From positions 1 to 51,010 of the IMG/VR virus record IMGVR_UViG_3300043219_000087: a stretch of 51,010 nucleotides of DNA; one strand, 5' to 3'. The position numbers and the translations under genes are program-made. Positions within the stretch are counted from its first letter, which is position 1, and each line of letters begins with the position of its first letter. Below, piece after piece: positions 1 to 7,056 of the stretch. The notes under the pieces are model-generated. The model saw only the letters and a program-made list of their open reading frames with translations, searched no databases and was not told the origin of the DNA. The DNA is from a virus. Lineage: Duplodnaviria; Caudoviricetes.

Positions 1-127
1 TACTTTACTCTATGTACTATCTATGTTACTACTATTACACTACTATGTTATTACTACTTCCATGTACTGTTATGCTACGCTTATTGCTCCAGATAGTAGG
101 GAGTAAGTAAGGTAGTATATTATCTGT
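1..127. repeat. 127-bp exact terminal direct repeat (second copy 50884-51010); indicates a circular, complete assembly
   Basis: The first 127 nt are identical to the last 127 nt. 127 is a common assembler k-mer size. Confidence 0.95.
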
Positions 128-235
128 CAATTAGTAGTAAATAGAGTATAAGTATAGTAATAATAACAACTTACATTAATATATTATCCATAAATATCCA
201 TAAATACCTGTTTTTAACCTGTAAATACTCTACTG

Positions 236-632
236 TTGATAATCGTTCTCAATAAGGAATGCGGGTTGTAACGATTGTAACGATTATGGATTTCTTGGAC
301 CTCCACCACACCCACACCCACTTGTACTAATGGTCAAGATGAGTACGATTATACCAGTTGTAACGATTGTAATGGTTATAGTACTCGATTTACGTGTAGT
401 GCTATAATCAGAACCGCGTGATATTATAGGCATGTCATGATTGTAACGATTATGCCGGTTGTTGTAGTGGGTGTGGTGGTGCAATCGCTACAACCTGCAT
501 AGTCCGCGTCCTATATCACCTGACACGCGGACGTACCACGCGTAGGATGTAGGGCATATCGGACATGGTGCGTGTATTATAGGACATTGTAGCCGTTATA
601 ACCTGCAATACACCTGAGTAATCGTTACAACC
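236..632. repeat. Cluster of GGTTGTAACGATT-type repeats (9-bp period, both orientations) with nested inverted repeats
   Basis: Forward copies at 264-287, 357-379 and 439-453; reverse copies at 483-495 and 619-632; perfect 13-bp inverted repeat 303-315/467-479. Confidence 0.8.
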
Positions 633-867
633 GCACCTTGTGAATGCTGTAATTATAGGACCACATGGATAATATGTGCGATAACATGCTGTGAGTGCGA
701 CTATTATCGGCAGGGCAGGGTGTGACCCTTGACGCGTGGCATGCGGGAGCGGGTCCCATCAGGTACTAAGAAGCCTGTAGACAACACCTTTTAGCTTTTG
801 AGAGGTAAATGTCAAGCTCATTCTGAAAAAATATAATATAAAATTTTTGAGAAACCCCATTATTCGT

Positions 868-899
868 TAGTTTTGACAGACCTGGAAGGGTATTATGGG
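868..899 (+). promoter_or_regulatory. Putative phage-specific promoter/operator TAGTTnTGACAGAC-N8-GTATTATGGG
   Basis: Near-identical motif at 43931-43961 (-). Both sit at the head of long co-directional gene blocks. Confidence 0.55.
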
Positions 900-911
900 T
901 AGACCCCTATT

Positions 912-1003
912 AAGAGGCGGCAGGCTGCACCAGATGCGAACGCACGCTAATCCCCACACTGATGAGTTGCGGGACAGGATCGGTTAGCCAGCACCGACTT
1001 TTT
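912..1003 (+). ncRNA. Putative structured RNA 1 (irregular rod with apical hairpin)
   Basis: GGCTG(923-927)/TAGCC(985-989), ACC/GGT, GAT/ATC, CGG/CCG and TCCC/GGGA pairings; T-run at the 3' end; no credible ORF. Confidence 0.4.
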
Positions 1004-1011
1004 GTAAAACA

Positions 1012-1062
1012 TGAAGGGGCATGTGGTGAAATACGCATAAATGGAATTTGCGACTGCCCTCA
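1012..1062 (+). ncRNA. Putative structured RNA 2
   Basis: GGGGCA/TGCCCT closing stem enclosing alternative hairpins; followed by CTTT. Confidence 0.35.
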
Positions 1063-1064
1063 CT

Positions 1065-1195
1065 TTGACATCAACATGGTTGGTCCTACCAAGACCCCTG
1101 CCAAGCATGGCGTAGCACGTGAGAAACTATGTTAAGGGTAGCCAAAGGACCATAATGACTAAGTCTCGGACGCGAGACAGGGTTGTTGGTGCCAA
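1065..1195 (+). ncRNA. Putative multibranched structured RNA 3 (about 130 nt)
   Basis: 12-bp closing helix 1065-1076/1184-1195 with one mismatch; TGGTCCT/AGGACCA; ACCC/GGGT; GCCA-agca-TGGC; GTCTCG-gacg-CGAGAC; T-run at the 3' end. Confidence 0.55.
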
Positions 1196-1200
1196 TTTTT

Positions 1201-1275
1201 GTAAAACGTGGTGTAGCGGCAGCATTTCGGATTGTGAGTCCGACGGCGTGGGTTCGAATCCCATCGTTTTTCCCA
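1201..1275 (+). tRNA. tRNA-His (GUG)
   Basis: Full cloverleaf: anticodon arm TCGGA-TTGTGAG-TCCGA, T arm GTGGG-TTCGAAT-CCCAT, G-1:C73 His identity pair, encoded CCA. Confidence 0.92.
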
Positions 1276-1314
1276 GAATTTGAGAAATGTGGAGCGAAGC
1301 TGGAGATTGAGGAA

Positions 1315-1560
1315 ATGACAAGAGACGAAGCGTCTAAAAGATTAGACAGGTGTTCAAAGAATTTGGGCATTGGGGTTAATAGAAGTGAATGGATGACACA
1401 CCGCTGCCAACTTCACACTTTTTTATCATATGTTGATTTTGCAGTGGCAATAGACCTGGTAGAAGTGGAAAGAACCCTAACAGATGAAATGCTGACAAAT
1501 TTGATAAAGGAGCGGATTAAATACAAACTACGAACTGTGTTGGATAAATTGGAGGATTGA
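1315..1560 (+). CDS. hypothetical protein (81 aa)
   Basis: Start trimmed to ATG 1315 after GGAG/GAGG because the longer ORF overlaps the tRNA. Confidence 0.7.
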   Translation: MTRDEASKRLDRCSKNLGIGVNRSEWMTHRCQLHTFLSYVDFAVAIDLVEVERTLTDEMLTNLIKERIKYKLRTVLDKLED

Positions 1561-1562
1561 GA

Positions 1563-1724
1563 ATGTGGAAAAAATTTAAGAAGTGGCGGGAACGAAAACA
1601 GGCTTTAAGGCAGTTTAGAAAATTTAATGAATATCATGCACAGCAAGCAAAAGCATTTGGTGCGTGGGTTGGTTCACAATCTCCTTCAAAGTTTATGGAG
1701 GTTAAAAATGTGGAAACGAATTAA
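1563..1724 (+). CDS. small basic protein MWKKFKKWRERK... (53 aa, not in ORF track)
   Basis: GGAGG RBS; open frame to TAA 1722-1724; overlaps the next start. Confidence 0.6.
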   Translation: MWKKFKKWRERKQALRQFRKFNEYHAQQAKAFGAWVGSQSPSKFMEVKNVETN

Positions 1725-2352
1725 GAAGTGGTGGAAGCGAAAAACACCAAAACATAAGCCTATTACACTGGATGAATTGCTGTCAGCACCAATGTATGAT
1801 CCCGGTCGTCGTGGAGTAACTGCATGCCGTGATAAATTTTCAAAACTTAACCAGCCAGAACCAGAACTGCCAAAAACGTGTCCACAATGCGGTTCAACAG
1901 TAGCCGCGTCTCGTATAGATGACAGGGTTGTGGGTTGCAGGCGGTGTAACATAATGTTTATGACAAAAGAGGCACATGATGACCCCAATATACAGCGTGA
2001 CATTACACACGCTAATGCAGGAGTGACACCGAAGCAGAGGAAGATAATAGCTGGTGGGCCTATAGATCAAGGCATGGTTAGTGAGGCGATACAACACATC
2101 CGCGATAGAGAGATAGAGAATGCCAGGATGTTTGGTGAAGGCTACACGCGTGGGAAGTATGGGATGTCGAGGGCTGAGTACAACGCAACAGCGGAAATGA
2201 ATGTGTGTTGTTGGAAGTGTCACAAACACTACACTGTTCCAAGACCAGAAAAAACAAGTATGGTGACATGCGTGTGTCCCGATTGTGGAGACGAGTTTGA
2301 TACAGAAATTCATGGTATGCGAGAAAATTTGGAGAATAAAAATGAACTATGA
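1708..2352 (+). CDS. zinc-ribbon protein (two CxxC...CxxC pairs)
   Basis: GGAGG RBS before ATG 1708; CPQC/CRRC and CWKC/CPDC motifs. Confidence 0.75.
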   Translation: MWKRIKKWWKRKTPKHKPITLDELLSAPMYDPGRRGVTACRDKFSKLNQPEPELPKTCPQCGSTVAASRIDDRVVGCRRCNIMFMTKEAHDDPNIQRDITHANAGVTPKQRKIIAGGPIDQGMVSEAIQHIRDREIENARMFGEGYTRGKYGMSRAEYNATAEMNVCCWKCHKHYTVPRPEKTSMVTCVCPDCGDEFDTEIHGMRENLENKNEL

Positions 2353-2764
2353 ACCTTTGGAAGATTGTGTTTTAGTTGAGAAGACTGAGAGTGAGAATGA
2401 TATGTCACCTGGTGGCATCGCATTGCCGGATAGCGTTAATGAGAGGCCGGTCATGGCTAAGGTTCTTGCTGTCGGACCAGGTGTGAAACTTGAAACAGGT
2501 GACAGGTTTCCGATGACACTGAATGTGGGTGACACTGTGTTGTTCCCAAGAAAAAGTGGAGACCATTTTTTGATTGATGGTAAAGAATTAATTGTGATAC
2601 CTGAAAGGTATATTCTGATTAGGGTAGCGAACAAAGAAGAACATTCTGGGCCACCTTACGATCTTAGTGACACGGTTGAAAACAGGAGAAAACTTGAAAT
2701 GTATGCCGATGGTGAACTTGTTCCTACTGACGGTATTGGGAATATAATAGAGAAGAAGGAGTAA
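2342..2764 (+). CDS. groES: co-chaperonin GroES (Cpn10) with C-terminal extension
   Basis: PLEDCVLVEK...SPGGIALPDS...VLAVGPG...VGDTVLF matches the Cpn10 signature. Confidence 0.92.
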   Translation: MNYEPLEDCVLVEKTESENDMSPGGIALPDSVNERPVMAKVLAVGPGVKLETGDRFPMTLNVGDTVLFPRKSGDHFLIDGKELIVIPERYILIRVANKEEHSGPPYDLSDTVENRRKLEMYADGELVPTDGIGNIIEKKE

Positions 2765-2766
2765 AG

Positions 2767-3126
2767 ATGCAAGACACTAATCTAAACAGAGCCTCTACAG
2801 ATGAAAGAATAGACCCCGCTACCGAGAATTTGCAGCAGGCACTATTAACAGAGTTTGCGAGAAATTCAAAGAGAAGTACAGAGGATGTAAAATTTCAGTT
2901 GCTCACACTGGCGGCAAGTTCAGTAGTAGGGACACCTGAAGTGGGTCACGGCTGCAATTCCGTTAAATTCTGGACAGCTATGAGTGACTGTTATGTTGGA
3001 GACAAAGATAGTCAACCTGTCTTGCTCGTTGCAAGTATTTGGACCGAGCTTCCGCTCAACAACGTAGGTCAGTTGCGATTCAAGTCAGCGACAGGTGGTG
3101 CGATTTACATAATATCAAGTAATTGA
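2767..3126 (+). CDS. hypothetical protein
   Basis: AAGGAG RBS; tightly packed in the operon. Confidence 0.7.
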   Translation: MQDTNLNRASTDERIDPATENLQQALLTEFARNSKRSTEDVKFQLLTLAASSVVGTPEVGHGCNSVKFWTAMSDCYVGDKDSQPVLLVASIWTELPLNNVGQLRFKSATGGAIYIISSN

Positions 3127-3137
3127 GAATCGAGAAG

Positions 3138-3290
3138 ATGAGACGTATAAAATGTCCAGAATGTGACGCACAGCAACCACATCAAATACCAAGTGATTAT
3201 GAACCAGTAACTTGCCGCAAATGTAGTGGTAAAGGCTGGATTGACGTTTTGGAGGATTGCGAAAATGTTGACACTACAAGAGAGTTTTAA
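3138..3290 (+). CDS. small Zn-finger protein (50 aa, not in track)
   Basis: MRRIKCPECD...TCRKCSGKGW; fills the intergenic gap. Confidence 0.6.
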   Translation: MRRIKCPECDAQQPHQIPSDYEPVTCRKCSGKGWIDVLEDCENVDTTREF

Positions 3291-3474
3291 TAATGTGAAG
3301 ATAATCTGTGATGAGGCGTTGATGAGTAAAGTACAGCGTACTGCTGTTGACGAGTCGCTGGGCAATATTGCCAGCAATTTGCAGGCACATGAAGTGATGC
3401 TTCAGGCGGCAAAAAATGAAGCAAAAGCAGATAAAGAGAAACCACAGCCGGAGGACGAACCTGATGAAACTTAG
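3265..3474 (+). CDS. hypothetical protein
   Basis: GGAGG RBS upstream of ATG 3265. Confidence 0.65.
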   Translation: MLTLQESFNNVKIICDEALMSKVQRTAVDESLGNIASNLQAHEVMLQAAKNEAKADKEKPQPEDEPDET

Positions 3475-4318
3475 AACAGTAGGTTATATTTTGGCGTGTA
3501 CGTTGACATTGTCTATGGTAATTTGTTTGCTCACGCCAAAAACTTTTTATGCAGACTACCGTACAATAATTGTAGAACCGTCAATAGTAGACATTATTCC
3601 CAGAATAAAAGCGGGTGTCGTGCATATAAGCACAAAGTCTTGGCAGGGCAGTGGTTTTGCGATTGCACCTAATATTGTTATGACTGCTCGTCACTGTGTA
3701 GAGAACGTGACAGATTTTACTATTACGACAGACGATGGGCACGAGTTGCATGCAACCAGAGCTATCTCCAGCAAGAAGCATGACATTGGGTTTATTTATA
3801 TTGATGATCATACATGCGTGACTGAAGGATGCGAATTTGAATACCCGTGTGGTAAAACAGCACTGCAAGGAGGGCATAAAGTAGAATTACAGCCGCTAAA
3901 ACTCGGCAGCATTACAGAGTGCCAACTCGGAGAGAAAGTAGTAACAATAGGTTCGCCCTACGGTAAGGTTAATTTTAACTCAGTGACATTGGGCATTATA
4001 TCAGGATTGGATAGGAATTATGACCCACTTAATGATTCTTATAGCGGTGATTACGGTTGGAGTATTGCGTTTCAAACCGATTCCCCTGGGCATCCAGGCA
4101 ATTCTGGTTGTGCTATTTTTACTACTGACGGTGTTGTTAGAGGCATATTGGTGGGCGGCTTTACGCCAAGCCTTATTATTGCTATGCCTGTGGATGTTGT
4201 CCTGGAAGAAATTGAACTTGTCAAACAGAAGTTCATAATGGACAAGTATTACAAAGAAGAAACACCTGAAGACCCGTATTACAACTATCGTGAGGACACT
4301 GAGTATTACACACTATGA
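3464..4318 (+). CDS. membrane-anchored trypsin-like (S1/HtrA-type) serine protease without PDZ domain
   Basis: N-terminal hydrophobic helix; GSGF, TARHCV (His), HDIG (Asp), PGNSGC (Ser). Confidence 0.9.
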   Translation: MKLRTVGYILACTLTLSMVICLLTPKTFYADYRTIIVEPSIVDIIPRIKAGVVHISTKSWQGSGFAIAPNIVMTARHCVENVTDFTITTDDGHELHATRAISSKKHDIGFIYIDDHTCVTEGCEFEYPCGKTALQGGHKVELQPLKLGSITECQLGEKVVTIGSPYGKVNFNSVTLGIISGLDRNYDPLNDSYSGDYGWSIAFQTDSPGHPGNSGCAIFTTDGVVRGILVGGFTPSLIIAMPVDVVLEEIELVKQKFIMDKYYKEETPEDPYYNYREDTEYYTL

Positions 4319-4761
4319 GTGACATTGAAGAAAGGCAAAAGAAGTTGACAGAACTGGGTGCCAAATGCAGGGCTGGTCAACTGATGACAACTTTATTCCG
4401 AGCAGTGGCTTCAGAAAAAACAGAACTAATGCAGTTTAAGGTTCCAGGTGACAACACCGGAAAAATGCAAACTCGATTGGTATCAAAGGCTGAAGCCATT
4501 GTAAGGGATATTATACAGAAGGCACTTCCTGTTGTGGAAGGTGTAGATGACCTTACTGATGCAAAGGTGCGACTTGAATACCGCAAACTTATTTTAGACC
4601 GCGTAGATGGTAGAGCCGGTGCAATAGGTGAAGACAATAAGAGTCGTGGTGAATCAGTGCCCAATAAAATATCGAGATTAAATAAGGACTTCCTGAATGA
4701 CCAAGCCAAAAGCACAGAAAAAGAAAAAGCGAAAACGAAATCCCGTCCACCTAAAGTATAA
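4315..4761 (+). CDS. probable terminase small subunit (DUF5681-like C-terminus)
   Basis: Upstream of the large terminase; helical motif AEAIV...KAL...KLILDRVDGR. Confidence 0.55.
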   Translation: MSDIEERQKKLTELGAKCRAGQLMTTLFRAVASEKTELMQFKVPGDNTGKMQTRLVSKAEAIVRDIIQKALPVVEGVDDLTDAKVRLEYRKLILDRVDGRAGAIGEDNKSRGESVPNKISRLNKDFLNDQAKSTEKEKAKTKSRPPKV

Positions 4762-4870
4762 GTGTGCTTCTGATGGCAAGTTGTGTGCTGGTGAGTGTAG
4801 AGACACTAATTTGTTTCGCAAGAGAAGCGACCCTGAAATGATTTGTCCTTCAGCTAATGTGGAGAAATAA
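4697..4870 (+). CDS. small basic Cys-containing protein (57 aa, not in track)
   Basis: AAGGA RBS; MTKPKAQKKKKRKR...C..C..C..C; stops 2 nt before terL. Confidence 0.45.
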   Translation: MTKPKAQKKKKRKRNPVHLKYKCASDGKLCAGECRDTNLFRKRSDPEMICPSANVEK

Positions 4871-4872
4871 AT

Positions 4873-6831
4873 ATGCTGGGAGAAGGTTTTATTCAGAAAC
4901 CAGTTCTTGCTGAACCATTTCCGGTAGATAGAGAATTTTGGACGTGTCCTAAAACTGGTCTGGTTGTACCAAAGCGTTATGAAGCCAATCTGTTGTATCG
5001 TGAAAAAATCCTAAGAGCAGCAGAGAATGATCCAGTTTTGCAGCGTGATCTCAAGGCTGCTTGCAAGCTGAGTTCTCTATATTGGGTGAATACATTTGCA
5101 TTCACCAAACACGAGTTTGAAGTTGACCTCACAACTAAATCAGGCAGACGACCATCAACACAGACTCACTGGCCGTTTATTACTTGGCAAATTCAAGATG
5201 AGTTATTTGAGTGGTTTGAAGCCCACTTTTATGGTGGTGAGAGTGGTCTTGTAGACAAGTCGCGTGACATGGGTGCGAGTTGGTGTGGTGTGGCCTTTCT
5301 TCATTGGTTGTGGATGTTCCGGCCCAACACTGAAATACGTGAAATGTCACGGTCTGAGATATATGTGGATAGCCCTATTGCCAAGAGTCTGTTTTATAAA
5401 CATGACTATCTGAACATTTGGACGCCGGAATGGATGCGGCCTCCCGGTGTGATGCAAAAGGGGCGTGATAATAGAACTTCAATGAGGATTTATAATGCGG
5501 AAATTAATTCGACAATTGCAGGTGAATCTACTACAAAACATGCTATGTCTGCTGATAGGTGTTCTATTTTGTTTCTTGATGAGTTTGCTAAAGTTGACAA
5601 TGGAACCGACATCAGAACAGCGACTTATGATGTTAGTCCCTGCCGTATCGTTAATTCTACTGTTGCTGGTCCCGGCACTGAGTTTAGTAGATGGAAAAAC
5701 AGTGGACAAATAGATGTGTTCTCAATGATGTTTTGGGACCACCCCATGAAGGGCAAGGGGCGGTTCATTTTGCAGGACGAGATCACAAAGACATACAAAA
5801 TTTCTTCTCCGTTTATTGAGAAGGTTCTTGAGGAATGTACGCAGAAGGCTGTGGCCCAGGAATACTATGCTATTGACCTTGAAGCTGGTGACTTGTTCTT
5901 TGACTTGGGCGAGCTTAATAAACATATCGCGTTTTACGCCCGGCCTCCAATCTCACGACATAATATTATTTTGAAACCTGGAATTGCTGACGATGAACTG
6001 CCAAAACTCATTCAGGCAAAAAGCACAAAATGCTATACTATCAAAGAAGTTGTTGACGGCAAACTCGAAGTCTGGACAGAACTCATTGAAGGACGGCCAG
6101 ACCAAAGTTTCACATATATCTTTGGGATCGACACATCAAAGGGAATGGGAGCTTCTGAGTCAGTCGTTTCCATCAAATGTAAACAAACTGGTGAAATTAT
6201 TGCCCGTTGGGTGTGCAGAAACACACCTGTGCATGAGTTCAGTAGAATCGTTGTTGCTTTGTCTTTATGGTGTGGTGGAGCTAACCCACAAAGACTCCCA
6301 TATCTCAAGTGGGAAAAGAATGGAGACCCAGGATGGGACTTAGGCCGCTTGCTGGTTCACACATTTCAGTACCCGCATTACTACATCACTAAAACACTCG
6401 GTGCTGTGGTTGAGAAGACAAAAGGCACTAAAGGCGAAATGCAGAAGTATGGCTACCAAATGACGCATGAGGGCAAAAGCCTTTTGCTTCGTGCCTATGA
6501 ACGTGCATTGAAGACCTGCAAGACCATCAACCACTGCAAGGCCGGTCTTGAGCAGGCCAAACAGTATATTTATACTAAAGATAATCGTATTGAACCTGCT
6601 GAACTGGTTGAAGCTACTGCTGCTGAAAGAAAACTACACGGTGATAAGGTAATAGCAGATGCTTTAACTACTGAAGATGAAGAAGTATCTAATCCAAAAC
6701 CCAAAAGACCAGCTACTCCGCACAACTGTTGGGGTGCTCGGTATGATGGGTGGAAGAAAAAGAAAAAACGAAAGAAAAGACAAGATAAACGTGGGTGGAG
6801 TCAGGTTTATGATTACACCAAGCGTAAATGA
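4873..6831 (+). CDS. terL: terminase large subunit
   Basis: Walker A-like KSRDMGAS, Walker B ILFLDE, coupling motif NST, RNase H-like IFGIDTS and GDKVIADAL. Confidence 0.92.
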   Translation: MLGEGFIQKPVLAEPFPVDREFWTCPKTGLVVPKRYEANLLYREKILRAAENDPVLQRDLKAACKLSSLYWVNTFAFTKHEFEVDLTTKSGRRPSTQTHWPFITWQIQDELFEWFEAHFYGGESGLVDKSRDMGASWCGVAFLHWLWMFRPNTEIREMSRSEIYVDSPIAKSLFYKHDYLNIWTPEWMRPPGVMQKGRDNRTSMRIYNAEINSTIAGESTTKHAMSADRCSILFLDEFAKVDNGTDIRTATYDVSPCRIVNSTVAGPGTEFSRWKNSGQIDVFSMMFWDHPMKGKGRFILQDEITKTYKISSPFIEKVLEECTQKAVAQEYYAIDLEAGDLFFDLGELNKHIAFYARPPISRHNIILKPGIADDELPKLIQAKSTKCYTIKEVVDGKLEVWTELIEGRPDQSFTYIFGIDTSKGMGASESVVSIKCKQTGEIIARWVCRNTPVHEFSRIVVALSLWCGGANPQRLPYLKWEKNGDPGWDLGRLLVHTFQYPHYYITKTLGAVVEKTKGTKGEMQKYGYQMTHEGKSLLLRAYERALKTCKTINHCKAGLEQAKQYIYTKDNRIEPAELVEATAAERKLHGDKVIADALTTEDEEVSNPKPKRPATPHNCWGARYDGWKKKKKRKKRQDKRGWSQVYDYTKRK

Positions 6832-6843
6832 GGGTTGAGAAAA

Positions 6844-7047
6844 ATGAAGATAGTTATGGTAAAGTGTCAAAACAAAGCGTGTGATAATTCTGGCATACCT
6901 GTAACTTTTAATTTATCTGATTTCAGATGGGATGTTGAGTGTAGTTCAGGTGACAAACCTGGTGATATGTTTTATAAATTACCTGGTGAAATACACTGCC
7001 AAAAATGTTTTTATGTATGTTCAGTAGAAGTAGTGGACATAGGTTAA
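6844..7047 (+). CDS. small Cys-rich protein
   Basis: CQNKAC...CQKC; lies between terL and portal. Confidence 0.65.
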   Translation: MKIVMVKCQNKACDNSGIPVTFNLSDFRWDVECSSGDKPGDMFYKLPGEIHCQKCFYVCSVEVVDIG

Positions 7048-7056
7048 GGAGTAAAT

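Noticed and set aside
284-484. 66-aa ORF on the - strand
   Set aside because: Low-complexity translation of the repeat region with no RBS.
264-632. CRISPR mini-array (repeats starting GTTGTAAC)
   Set aside because: Repeats are short, degenerate, in both orientations and irregularly spaced; no cas operon.
873-896. Canonical sigma70 promoter TTGACA...TATTAT
   Set aside because: The spacer is only 12 nt; reinterpreted as a phage-specific motif.
959-966. Hammerhead ribozyme core CTGATGAG
   Set aside because: No stem II followed by GAAA and no suitable stem III or cleavage triplet.
923-989. Y RNA (GGCTG...TAGCC ends)
   Set aside because: The Ro60-binding bulged helix sequence is not matched, there is no tRNA-like domain, and no Ro60 gene is present.
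1183-1314. N-terminal extension of ORF 1183-1560 and antisense ORFs 1086-1370 / 1127-1321
   Set aside because: They overlap the tRNA and structured RNA; the RBS supports a start at 1315.
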